64,000 nt of DNA from Amphiscolops sp. MND2022 (Eukaryota), in the NCBI GenBank assembly GCA_964187785.1, contig OZ076413.1, positions 36,146,001-36,210,000 of the forward strand. Reading direction: 5' to 3'. Made by a program: the position numbers and the translations under genes. Below, piece after piece: positions 1 to 13,100 of this stretch. How positions within the stretch are numbered: the stretch's first letter is position 1; every line of letters begins with the position of its first letter. The notes under the pieces are model-generated. The model saw nothing but the letters and a program-made list of their open reading frames with translations. It was not told where the DNA came from and made no database searches.

Positions 1-19
1 CAGAATTGTCTTTATACGA

Positions 20-3000
20 TGGAAAAACACTTCCACAACTCAAGCGATCTCGTTCTGCAATCACAGGATTAATAACTAAGACGCTAACCATAACACAACC
101 AATCATGAACAAAGATAAAAACGAAGTGACAAACCAAGAAATAGCGGATTTGGAAGTCAGACAATCCTTGTTTGAGAAAAACTAAGCGGAGCTAAACTTC
201 TGAATGCAGCAATTCTGGAGCAGACCCCTGATACAGACGAAGAGGTACAAGACGAGCTCATCACTGCCAGTGAGTTTCATTGTAAAATATCACTTGAGCT
301 TAGAAAATGGTCAAATTTCTGGAACAATTCAACAATTCTAGCCCGAGTCTTGAAAATGCTAATTTTGCAATGGTAAGCAATTCAAGTAACCTCAAGATGC
401 CAAAATCCAATCTGCCAAGTTTTGATGGACAATATCAGAATTGGACGTCATTTTTTGAACAATTACTCATGGCACGACAACCAAAGACTCATGGCATCTG
501 TGGATGGTTCCACGACATTACTTGATATACGGAAATTCAACTATCTCAAGTCCTCTCTCGTGGGCGAATCTTCAACTCATTTCGTATTTACCTTTGTCAA
601 ATTCACACTACAAAATAGCCTTGAAAATTTTGATCGATCATTATGACAACCAAAGACTCATCGTGAGTACTCACTCATTTGTCAGCATTTTTCAATTTGA
701 AACCACTCCAAGGTGAATCAGCGTCAGAATTGCGGAAACTCATTGTCGTCTTCGAAGAGCATTTGATGGCAATTCGAGCTCTGAAGGTAGACATATCTTC
801 AAGTGACTTTGTTTGGGTTCATGTTTTGACCAAGAAGCTGGAATCAGAATCCAGACGACAGTTCATCGACGAAAGCTAGATCATCCCGGAAAAGATCTAC
901 AGACATTGCAGCAACTAACAGATTTGGGAAATACTTCCATCGAATTCTTTGGCGCGACTCCACTTCAAAGCCTATACAGCAGTATCGCATGCTGCGATGT
1001 TTATATGGAATAGCATCTTCACCGTTTCATTGTACACGGGCTGTTAAAGAAGTTGCAGACTTGTGTGCTAATAAAGACCTCGGGCATTCAATCAAGGTTG
1101 ACTTCTACGTGGACGACTATCTTCCCGGTGCCAATTCCATAACCGAACCTAAACTCAAGGTTGCAAAAGTTTGCGAAGAGCTGGAGAAATTTGGAATGCA
1201 GCTTCGTAAGTGGGCCTCAAGTCACCACGAAATAACAACAGAATTGCCTGAAAAACTTCGACAAAACATCGAAACTTCGAAAATAATGCATGAAGACTAC
1301 AGAATCAAAACCTTAGGAATTTCATGGAAATCCAACACGGACAATTTTTTTCTGCACGGACTTTACAGAACAGCACAATTTAACGAAGCGAGAGCTGCTT
1401 TCAGCAACAGCGAAGCTCTGACCCTATTGGTTGGTTTGGACCAATCATAGTACAATTCAAAAGTTTGCTACAAAAGCTTTGGTTTCTTGGAATCAAATGG
1501 GATGAAATTTTGCCACCGGAGATTCAAGAGCAATGGAATCAGATGCGAGCACACCTAAGATCTCTGAAGGACTTCACATTGCAGCGTTGCATCGTTCCTC
1601 CAGGTAAAATTCAAACGGTCCAACTGCATTTATTCACAGATGCAACCGAAATAGCTTATGTCGCTGTAATCTATGCACGAATGACCGACACTAATGGTTT
1701 CGCGTGTGTCAACCTCATAGCTGGAAAATATCGAGTGGGGCCGATAAAAACAGTATCGTTGCCGCGTTTGGAACTGTGTGGTGCTCATCTCGGTGTGAAA
1801 CTAATGGTAAAAATTCAAGAAGTTCTCGCAATAACGAATTTACCGCAACAAAAAATTTTCGGATGGACCGACTCTACTATTGTCCTTCACTGGCTAGCCC
1901 AACTTCCACGAACTTGGACAACCTTCGTAGCAAATCGAGTGGCTGAAATTCAAGAGAATATGCCACGATCCAATTGGAATCACGTCTCTTCAACAAACAA
2001 CCTTTCTGATTGCTCTTCACGAGGAGCAACACTGGAATTGCTTCAATCTTCAAGTCTTTGGTGGAATGGACCCCAATGGCTACAACAATCACAAGATTTG
2101 TGGCCAAAAACTAAGTTGCAGCAAGTTGAATCAATTGAAGTCAGGGGTCAAAATTCAAAAGAAACACCACAACCTCTTTTTATCGCAGTCACGCAATCAA
2201 CTCTGCTTTTTTCGGCATGATCAATATTCAAGCTTTTCCAAATTCATTCGTGTAGCTGCAACAGTACTACTCGCTATAGACAAGTTCAGAGGAATCAACC
2301 GTTCTTCAGTCATAACTTCAAATGAACCTAGCATCCGCAAAATTGAGAATACTTCAGGAACACCAAATTGAATACTATGCAGTTGACTATCAGACATTGA
2401 AATTCGCCAAAGAACTGTCGAAACAGAGCAGAATTCTCAACCTGGCTCCATTCTTCGATGACGAAAGCGAGACCATTCGCGTGGGTGGACGATTATCTCA
2501 GGGACAATTCAGAGAATTGAAAAAGTTTCCAATGCTTTGCAGTCTAGATTCGTTACCGGCAGTTCTCATACTTCATCACTTTCATGAAGCTACGCTTCAT
2601 GGCGGGGCGGAGCTGACTGTGAACTCCAGTCGCGAAGAATTTCGGATACCAAATGCCAATGTTTTGGTGAGAAAAGTGATCAAACAATGCATCAAATGTA
2701 GTCGTTTCGAGAATAAAATACCATATCAATTAATGGCTGATTTACCAGCTGATCGGATAACGCCTGTAAAAACATTCGAGACATGTAGCATGGATTTGGC
2801 AGGACCAATATATACTAAACCAGGAGTAAAAACGTACATCGCCATTTTCGTTTGCTTCGTGATTGAAGCTGTCCACCATGAATTGGAAACAGATCTAACG
2901 AAGGAGTCATGCATTTTCGCCGTCAAACGATTCCTTTCCAGACGCGGTCTACCCAGAAAAATTATCAGCGACAACGGAAAGATTTTCATTGGGGCTAGGA

Positions 3001-3660
3001 ATGACATCATCAAAGTGCAAGAGATTCTCGCCCTGGAAAACAGCAATTCAATCGGGAGTTTCATATCCCAAGAAATGATTGAATGGGAAATGATTCCTCC
3101 AAGGTCAGCGCGTTTTGGAGGATTATGGGAAGCGGCAGTGAAAAGCATTAAGCGTCATTTGCACAGAACCGTTGGTGTTCGAATCCTTTCATTCGAAGAA
3201 CTCAACACACTAGTAATTCGAATAGAAGCAATTCGAATTCTCGACCACTGTCAGCAATGTCCAGCGACACGAATGACCTTCAGTCGATTACTCCAGCTCA
3301 GTTTCCTTCTGGGAAAATCTGCGAAAGATCTGCCTACAGCCCGTCAATCTGAGTTGATTTCGGACAAAGATTCAAACTACTTGAAAGATCGAAGAGGTCA
3401 TTTTGGAAGGCATGGCATCGTGATTATCTAGTGACCCTATAAATACGCAAACGATGACTTCAATCTGGTCCTAATTTCCAATTGGGTGACCTGGTTTTGG
3501 TAGCAGAGGACAACATGCCGCCTTTGCGTTGGAAAATGGCTACAATCGTGCAGTTGTACTCTGGAAACGACGATATAAATAGAGTTGCGAAACTAAGAAC
3601 ATCATCTGGTCATATTGTACGTTCCATAGTAAAGCTCAGAAAGCTTCCTGTGGATGCATT
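20..3660 (+). mobile_element. Decayed Bel/Pao LTR retrotransposon, internal region only (gag remnant, RT C-terminal part, Pao RNaseH, integrase, C-terminal DUF5641-like)
   Basis: Gag motifs KMPKSNLPSFDG and KFNYLKSSL; RT YRMLRCLYG and DFYVDDYL; RNaseH LHLFTDA, LPRLELCGA, WTDSTIVLHW, FVANRVAEIQ; integrase HGG...CIKC, MDLAGP, ISDNGK, GLWEAAVKS; tail GDLVLVAEDN...KLRKLP. Many stops and frameshifts. No LTR recognised. Confidence 0.93.
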
Positions 3661-4889
3661 GCAGCCGATTCAATCGCCGAATAACCAACCACACCCCCTT
3701 CCAGCAGCAAGTTCCAATTCATTATGAATTTCCCAGATCGATGTCTCCAAGGAGTCGGTTTTTTACTTCTCGATTTCACGCTAGTTACTCGAAAGCTATG
3801 AAATTGCGCGTGCATATACCTGTTATGATCTTACATCAATCGGTTGAAGCCAATTTTTGAATTTCTAACGCTTTTCAAGAAAAATCAAAACTTAACAATT
3901 CCCTCAGCGTATCGGAAGAGCAAGAATTGACGGAACAAAACTTCTCGATTTACATACAATTCAACTAGAGGGTTATGTTTACGTGCATTGGATTTACGTG
4001 CGAATTTAGCAGTATTCATCATTCCCAAGGAAAGGTTTTGCATGGCGAAAAAATTCTAGATTCGAACGACTGAAATCTTGAGTTTTATCAACAAACTTCC
4101 AATTTTATTGATTCTAATTCTCAAGCTGAGGGCAGGGAAAAGTGATAATTACGAGTGCCATTCAGCTAACGATTTGCGACGAGTGCATGAGCTACAGTGA
4201 ACATTTTCTTTTTGTGTAGCACTGCTTTTGCTTCAGTTTCATAATTTTTTGAATAGCATTTTTTTGAAATTTTTCTCGAAATCAAAACTGCGTTGCGATT
4301 GGCTGAAAGACGTATCATTAAAAAAGCAATCCCTTATAAGAATTTGAAGTAGTATACACTGCTGTTGAGTACCTCATTCAGTTAAGTAGTTAAAATGGAA
4401 CATCAGATGGTAAAATGCTTCAGAAATCTCGAATGAAAAGATTGTTTTCTGAGAAAAAAAACATGTCAATTACAATAATCACACGCAAAATTCTAACAGG
4501 AGTAAAAAGTATAATGAATGTTTCAGTTGCTTTTTTCATTCTGGATGAATAAATATTTTGAAACGAGAACATATTAACAAGGACAAGTTGCAGTGAATCA
4601 CCCTCAAGAGGAAAAGTCAATGATGACTTTTTCTGCTTTATCAACAGGAAGATTCGGATAAAAATGGCCATCTGGGCACAGAGGAACTCAAACAATCACG
4701 TCCTCTGTATATAAGCACATACAATTAATGAAGTAAGACACACCATTCCCAAGCCACCATAATAATGAAAGCTTTGAATACACAGATTTACAGAATAACA
4801 GAATAAATAAGATTAGGCTCTCACACTTTCCTGCAAAGGTGAGAAAACTTTCAAGTACGATTATCACAAAAAAGTATCCAGTATCATCT

Positions 4890-5579
4890 GAATTATGGCA
4901 ACAATGTTTTGCTACACAAACATCATTTCGGTATCTTTAAACTCTTCTTTGAACAAACCATTCCCGTTTATCAAGCTGCGCGTGAGTAAAACTGCAATTT
5001 CGAGGGAAAAAGTTTCCCAAGTTGTCAGCCTCAAATTCATCGGTGCAGTCTCCTCTTCTGATAAATGCCCGCTTCTCGACCATATCTTGTTTAATGCAAT
5101 CACGAATGTTGTTTTCTGCTAGTGCTTAGTAGAGCGAGTCGGTGTTCTTTTCTAATTCTTCGTACTTGTTGTGGTCGCAGTACTTCTGGAAGAAATTGTA
5201 GTAAAGCTCCAGCATTCTTAGCTTAGCGTGTTAAAGAATGAAGTAACCAACAAATGTTGGTTCCCGATGTTCTATATGTGCTTTATTAAGCTCGACTTCA
5301 TAGACAGAATCATAGATGTAGCGAAGTTGTTTGAAAAAAGCGCTATTGATTGCACGGTCTTTTTTATGCAAGTATTTTGTCACTGTAAGCTTGCTGTGGT
5401 CCATTATTTAGTAACCATAAGATTTTTTACTCAAGAACTTTCATAGTCTCTGCAATCACTGTGGACTTCTTGTTTCGATCACCCAGTTCTCGGGCCTCGA
5501 CAACTGATTTTACAAATCCTTCGAACCCTTTCTGTGGAAAGTATTCAACAAATTTTTGAATTTTTGTAGACTCAAGACC
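4890..5579 (-). pseudogene. Polinton/Maverick-type family-B DNA polymerase fragment (motif B to motif C region); repeated in U2 8280-8960, U3 11630-12290 and U4 14275-14963
   Basis: Across frameshifts and pooled over the copies: TVIAETMKVLE (motif B region), YEVELNKAHIEHREP, KLRMLELYYNFFQKYCD, EMDTDSLYLAL (DTDS motif C, intact in U3-U5), GLFKEEF. Confidence 0.88.
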
Positions 5580-5860
5580 TCCAGGCCTTTTCAACTCTCG
5601 GCGAAAAAGAACAGAGATTTTTCGCCAAAGAACCACGAACAACAAGTGGCATCATCGGAAAAGATACCAACCAGATCAGCATTTGGATTACCAAAACTAG
5701 CAGTATTCCCCTCCTCCGCCACTTGAGACCGCCTTTCTTTTCTGCTTCAAGGAAAATTTCTTCGACTCTCTTCGATTGCTACTTTCCTCGGCAACTTCTC
5801 TACTCATTTCTTTCTGAAAGTATTGAAGAATATTCGGTGTATCCTTCAAGGCGGGCGGAA

Positions 5861-6105
5861 TGTTGAAGCATCACATACAAAATCATTTGTGAATTCAAAT
5901 TTTCTAATATTCATTCCATTGAGTTTTATATCGCACTAGTTAAAGACTCGTGCTATTCATTGACATTATAATCTTGTTCACGTATTTATTATATTCTTTT
6001 TTTCTTTCTTCTCCACACTGTATAGTTGCTGCCAATCTACAAAACATTAAAAGTCAATTGGCAAAAGTCGTTTTTGCTCTCCCGAAAATCATCATAGTTG
6101 AAACA
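5861..6105 (+). mobile_element. Putative 245-bp LTR of a second Bel/Pao family, preceded by its PPT; copies at 9241-9485, 12572-12816 and 15245-15489
   Basis: TCAAGGCGGGCGGAA-TG nearly matches the PPT/LTR junction TCAAGGTGGGCGGAA-TG of the full provirus (22677-22693). Termini TGTT...AACA. Internal ATTAAA in U1-U3. Confidence 0.6.
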
Positions 6106-6488
6106 AGGTATAAAGATTAGGTATAGATCAATCATTCAATCAAGGTCCCCAAGTAGTGAGTTGATATACAGGAGGGTCCCCAAGTCAGGGGGGTCTCCAA
6201 AAACTTTTTTCGACTGAACGCTTGTTCCGCGGAAAAAATGAGTCACAGACTTATTTCCAAACATTTTTGAAAATCCGGGAATAATCACGAAAGTGCACGC
6301 CCCCTCCCCTGAAGGCAAGAAAAAAACTTCAGAGGTAAAATTTACCGGTTAACATTAAGTCGGGTCTTTCCTACAAGTTAGGGAAATATCATTCTTTTAA
6401 GTAATTCATGATTATTCAAACGCTCTCTCAACCTCCAACGTTGAAACGATGAACGAAGTTTTTTGGTAGCAGCGCGGGGTCAGTTATG

Positions 6489-7134
6489 AAGTGAAACGCG
6501 ACTATTATAGTGATTTTTTTTCTATCCACACGAACTGACCAAAGTAGTTCTTAAAAGTTCTACAAAATATTATGGTGTCAAATTGCACCATTTGGCCTAG
6601 CGAACTGGACCAAAATGGTTTTACCTGTTTTTCCGCGTAACATACCATACCGGGCGAGACCAAAGAGTCCCCCCTTTCAATTTTTCTCGGCACTGACAGA
6701 CATTTTTTTCGGATTTTTTTTCGGAATTTTTTTTTCCTCAAACGGTCCCCCTGCATTTTTTTGATGTTTTGCGACAGAATGGATGTTGGAAAATCCCAAA
6801 GGGTTCCTCCTTTCAGTTTTTTTCGGCATTGTGAGATTTTTTCTCGAAAAAAAATCAATTTTTTCATGTTTTGCGACAGAATGGATGTTGAAAAACCTCA
6901 AAGGGTCCCCCTTTCAGTATTTCGGCATTGTGAGACGTTAGCGCGCCAGGCGCTCGCGCTAGCGGGCCCCGGCGCGCCACTCGGTCCATTTTTTTAGTAT
7001 GTAATTTTTTCAAAAAAAATTTCGAAAAATTTTTCGATTTTCGAGTACTGTAAAAGAATACTTGACACTTGGAAGTCTTTTTGCTATTTTTGAGCCTTGG
7101 ATATGGCGCCGACTTGGGCCGGTCCCGGCTTGTT
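6489..7134 (-). mobile_element. Non-autonomous interspersed repeat, possibly Helentron/DINE-like; also 9869-10511; related sequence near 39050-39910 and 61800-62210
   Basis: Present only in U1 and U2, where it replaces a short AT-rich stretch seen in U3/U4. One end reads AACAAGCCGGGACCGGCCC with a GC hairpin, at a T-rich site. Internal subrepeats GGGGGACCCTTTG. The superfamily call is inference. Confidence 0.55.
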
Positions 7135-10100
7135 AGTCTAACTGGAACAGTGGCGCTCGATGCCAAGTCAAGATTGCAGCAAAACTAGATTTGTTGAAAG
7201 GTTATCAAACAATGCGTAACAGCTGCTCCGATGTTCGCTTTTTTTATTGTGCCAGCAACAGCGAGAGAGTACTACGTTTTCCCTCTTATCGATGCTTTTC
7301 AATCTCAGTATTGTCTGAGACAAAAGATCATTTTTGTTTTGGTTTCACTGTAGTTGAGACTCAGATTCAAAAAGTGATTGCGCTTAACGAATTTAGCAGT
7401 ATTCATCGTTCCCAAGGAAAGGTTTTGCCTGGCGAAAAATTCTAGATTCGAAAGACTGAAATCTTGAGTTTTATCAACAAACTTCCAATTTTATTGATTC
7501 TAATTCTCAAGCTGAGGGCAGGGAAAAGTGATAATTACGAGTGCCATTCAGCTAACGATTTGCGACGAGTGCATGAGCTACAGTGAACATTTTCTTTTTG
7601 TGTAGCACTGCTTTTGCTTCAGTTTCATTATTTTTTGAATAGCATCTTTTTGAAATTTTTCTCGAAATCAAAACTGCGTTGCGATTGGCTGAAAGACGTA
7701 TCATTAAAAAAGCAATCCCTTATAAGAATTTGAAGTAGTATACACTGCTGTTGAGTACCTCATTCAGTTAAGTAGTTAAAATGGAACATCAGATGGTAAA
7801 ATGCTTCAGAAATCTCGAATGAAAAGATTGTTTTCTGAGAAAAAAAACATGTCAATTACAATAATCACACGCAAAATTCTAACAGGAGTAAAAAGTATAA
7901 TGAATGTTTCAGTTGCTTTTTTCATTCTGGATGAATAAATATTTTGAAACGAGAACATATTAACAAGGACAAGTTGCAGTGAATCACCCTCAAGAGGAAA
8001 AGTCAATGATGACTTTTTCTGCTTTATCAACAGGAAGATTCGGATAAAAATGGCCATCTGGGCACAGAGGAACTCAAACAATCACGTCCTCTGTATATAA
8101 GCACATACAATTAATGAAGTAAGACACACCATTCCCAAGCCACCATAATAATGAAAGCTTTGAATACACAGATTTACAGAATAACAGAATAAATAAGATT
8201 AGGCTCTCACACTTTCCTGCAAAGGTGAGAAAACTTTCAAGTACGATAATCACAAAAAAGTATCCAGTATCATCTGAATTATAGCAACAATGTTTTGCTA
8301 CACAAACATCATTTCGGTATCTTTAAACTCCTCTTTGAACAAACCATTCCCGTTTATCAAGCTGCGCGTGAGTAAAACTGCAATTTCGAGGGAAAAAGTT
8401 TCCCAAGTTGTCAGCCTCAAATTCATCGGTGCAGTCTCCTCTTCTGATAAATGCCCGCTTCTCGACCATATCTTGTTTAATGCAATCACGAATGTTGTTT
8501 TCTGCTAGTGCTTAGTAGAGCGAGTCGTTGTTCTTTTCTAATTCTTCGAACTTGTTGTGGTCGCAGTACTTCTGGAAGAAATTGTAGTAAAGCTCCAGCA
8601 TTCTTAGCGTGTTAAAGAATGAAGTAACCAACAAATGTTGGTTCCCGATGTTCTATATGTGCTTTATTAAGCTCGACTTCATAGACAGAATCATAGATGT
8701 AGCGAAGTTGTTTGAAAAAAGCGCTATTGATTGCACGGTCTTTTTTATGCAAGTATTTTGTCACTGTAAGCTTGCTGTGGTCCATTATTTAGTAACCATA
8801 AGATTTTTTACTCAAGAACTTTCATAGTCTCTGCAATCACTGTGGACTTCTTGTTTCGATCACCCAGTTCTCGGGCCTCGACAACTGATTTTACAAATCC
8901 TTCGAACCCTTTCTGTGGAAAGTATTCAACAAATTTTTGAATTTTTGTAGACTCAAGACCTCCAGGCCTTTTCAACTCTCGGCGAAAAAGAACAGAGATT
9001 TTTCGCCAAAGAACCACGAACAACAAGTGGCATCATCGGAAAAGATACCAACCAGATCAGCATTTGGATTACCAAAACTAGCAGTATTCCCCTCCTCCGC
9101 CACTTGAGACCGCCATTCTTTTCTGCTTCAAGGAAAATTTCTTCGACTCTCTTCGATTGCTACTTTCCTCGGCAACTTCTCTACTCATTTCTTTCTGAAA
9201 GTATTGAAGATTATTCGGTGTATCCTTCAAGGCGGGGGAATGTTGAAGCATCACATACAAAATCATTTGTGAATTCAAATTTTCTAATATTCATTCCATT
9301 GAGTTTTATATCGCACTAGTTAAAGACTCGTGCTATTCATTGACATTATAATCTTGTTCACGTATTTATTATATTCTTTTTTTCTTTCTTCTCCACACTG
9401 TATAGTTGCTGCCAATCTACAAAACATTAAAAGTCAATTGGCAAAAGTCGTTTTTGCTCTCCCGAAAATCATCATAGTTGAAACAAGGTATAAAGATTAG
9501 GTATAGATCAATCATTCAATCAAGGTCCCCAAGTAGTGAGTTGATATACAGGAGGGTCCCCAAGTCAGGGGGGTCTCCAAAAACTTTTTTCAACTGAACG
9601 CTTGTTCCGCGGAAAAAATGAGTCACATACTTATTTCCAAACATTTTTGAAAATCCGGGAATAATCACGAAAGTGCACGCCCCCTCCCCTGAAGGCAAGA
9701 AAAAAACTTCAGAGGTAAAATTTACCGGTTAACATTAAGTCGGGTCTTTCCTACAAGTTTGGGAAATATCATTCTTTTATTTTATTCATGATTATTCAAA
9801 CACTCTCTCAACCTTCAACGTTGAAACGATGAACGAAGTTTTTTGGTAGCAGCGCGGGGTCAGTTATGAAGTGAAACGCGACTATTATAGTGATTTTTTT
9901 TCTATCCACACGAACTGACCAAAGTAGTTCTTAAAAGTTCTACAAAATATTATGGTGTCAAATTGCACCATTTGGCCTAGCGAACTGGACCAAAATGGTT
10001 TTACCTGTTTTTCCGCGTAACATACCATACCGGGCGAGACCAAAGAGTCCCCCCTTTCAATTTTTTTCGGCACTGAGACTTTTTCGGATTTTTTTTCGGA

Positions 10101-13100
10101 ATTTTTTTTCCTCAAAGGGTCCCCCCTGCATTTTTTTGATGTTTTGCGACAGAATGGATGTTGGAAAATCCCAAAGGGTTCCTCCTTTCAGTTTTTTTCG
10201 GCATTGTGAGATTTTTTCCCGAAAAAAAAATCAATTTTTTCATGTTTTGCGACAGAATGGATGTTGAAAAACCTCAAAGGGTCCCCCCTTTCAGTATTTC
10301 GGCATTGTGAGACGTTAGCGCGCCAGGGGCTCGCGCTAGCGGGCCCCGGCGCGCCACTCGGTCCATTTTTTTAGTATGTAATTTTTTCAAAAGAAAATTC
10401 GAAAAAATTTTCGATTTTCGAGTACTGTAAAAGAATACTTGACACTTGGAAGTCTTTTTGCTATTTTTGAGCCTTGGATATGGCGCCGACTTGGGCCGGT
10501 CCCGGCTTGTTAGTCTAACTGGAACAGTGGCGCTCGATGCCAAGTCAAGGTTGCAGCAAAACTAGATTTGTTGAAAGGTTATCAAACAATGCGTAACAGC
10601 TGCTCCGATGTTCGCTTTTTTTAATTGTGCCAGCAACAGCGAGAGAGTACTACGTTTTCCCTCTTATCGATGCTTTTCAATCTCAGTATTGTCTGAGACA
10701 AAAGATCATTTTTGTTTTGGTTTCACTGTAGTTGAGACTCAGATTCAAAAAGTGATTGCGCTTAACGAATTTAGCAGTATTCATCGTTCCCAAGGAAAGG
10801 TTTTGCCTGGCGAAAAATTCTAGATTCGAAAGACTGAAATCTTGAGTTTTATCAACAAACTTCCAATTTTATTGATTCTAATTCTCAAGCTGAGGGCAGG
10901 GAAAAGTGATAATTACCAGTGCCATTCAGCTAACGACTTGCGACGAGTGCATGAGCTACAGTGAACATTTCTTTTAGTGTAGCACTGCTTTTGCTTCAGT
11001 TTCATAATTTTTTGAATAGCATCTTTTTGAAATTTTTCTCGAAATCAAAACTGCGTTGCGATTGGCTGAAAGACGTATCATTAAAAATGCAATCCCTTAT
11101 AAGAATTTGAAGTAGTATACACTGCTGTTGAGTACCTCATTCAGTTAAGTAGTTAAAATGGAACATCAGATGTTAAAATGCTTCAGAAATCTCGAATGAA
11201 AAGATTTTCTGAGAAAAAACATGTCAATTACAATAATCACACGCAAAATTCTAACAGGAGTAAAAAGTATAATGAATGTTTCAGTTGCTTTTTTCATTCT
11301 GGATGAATAAATCTTTTGAAACGAGAACATATTAACAAGGACAAGTTGCAGTGAATCACCCTCAAGAGGAAAAGTCAATGATGACTTTTTCTGCTTTATC
11401 AACAGGGAGATTCGGATAAAAATGGCCATCTGGGCACAGAGGAACTCGAACAATCACGTCCTCTGTATATAAGCACATACAATTAATGATGTAAGACACA
11501 CCACTCCCAAACCACCATAATAATGAAAGCTTTGAATACACAGATTTACAGAATAAATAACATTAGGCTCTCACACTATCCTGCAAAGGTGAGAAAACTT
11601 TCAAGTACGATAATCTCAAAAAAGTATCCAGTATCATCTGAATTATAGCAACAAAACCATTTGAACAAACCATTCCCGTTTATCAAGCTGCGCGTGAGTA
11701 AAACTGCAATTTCGAGGAAAAAGTTTCCCAAGCTGTCAGCCTCAAATTCATCGGTGCAGTCTCCTCTTCTGATAAATGCCCGCTTCTCGACCATATCTTG
11801 TTTAATGCAATCACGAATGTTGTTTTCTGCTAATGCTAAGTAGAGCGAGTCGGTGTCCATTTCTACTTCTCCGAACTTGTTGTGGTCGCAGTACTTTTGG
11901 AAGAAATTGTAGTAAAGCTCCAGCATTCTTAGCTTAGCGTGTTAAAGAATGAAGTAACCAACAAATGTTGGTTCCCGATGTTCTATATGTGCTTTATTAA
12001 GCTCGACTTCATAGACAGAATCATAGATGTAGCGAAGTTGTTTGAAAAAAGCGCTATTGATTGCACGGTCTTTTTTATGCAAGTATTTTGTCACTGTAAG
12101 CTTGCTGTGGTCCATTATTTAGTAACCATAAGATTTTTTACTCAAGAACTTTCATAGTCTCTGCAATCACTGTGGACTTCTTGTTTCGATCACCCAGTTC
12201 TCGGGCCTCGGCAACTGATTTTACAAATCCTTCGAACCCTTTCTGTGGAAAGTATTCAACAAATTTTTGAATTTTTGTAGACTCAAGACCTCCAGGCCTT
12301 TTCAACTCTCGGCGAAAAAGAACAGAGATTTTTCGCCAAAGAACCACGAACAACAAGTGGCATCATCGGAAAAGATACCAACCAGATCAGCATTTGGATT
12401 ACCAAAACTAGCAGTATTCCCCTCCTCCGCCACTTGAGACCGCCTTTCTTTTCTGCTTCAAGGAAAATTTCTTCGACTCTCTTCGATTGCTACTTTCCTC
12501 GGCAACTTCTCTACTCATTTCTTTCTGAAAGTATTGAAGAATATTCGGTGTATCCTTCAAGGCGGGCGGAATGTTGAAGCATCACATACAAAATCATTTG
12601 TGAATTCAAATTTTCTAATATTCATTCCATTGAGTTTTATATCGCACTAGTTAAAGACTCGTGCTATTCATTGACATTATAATCTTGTTCACGTATTTAT
12701 TATATTCTTTTTTTCTTTCTTCTCCACACTGTATAGTTGCTGCCAATCTACAAAACATTAAAAGTCAATTGGCAAAAGTCGTTTTTGCTCTCCCGAAAAT
12801 CATCATAGTTGAAACAAGGTATAAAGATTAGGTATAGATCAATCATTCAACCAAGGTCCCCAAGTAGTGAGTTGATATACAGGAGGGTCTCCAAAAACTT
12901 TTCAACCGAACGCTTGTTCCGCGGAAAAAATGAGTCACAGACTTATTTCCAAACATTTTTGAAAATCCGGGAAAAATCACGAAAGTGCACGCCCCCTCCC
13001 CTGATCTGCACGTGCAAAATTTATGGATTTTTTGGGGGGCCCTCAGAGTGTGCTGGGAAGATTTAAGGATTCGTAACATACAGTGAGTCATTGAAGGCAA

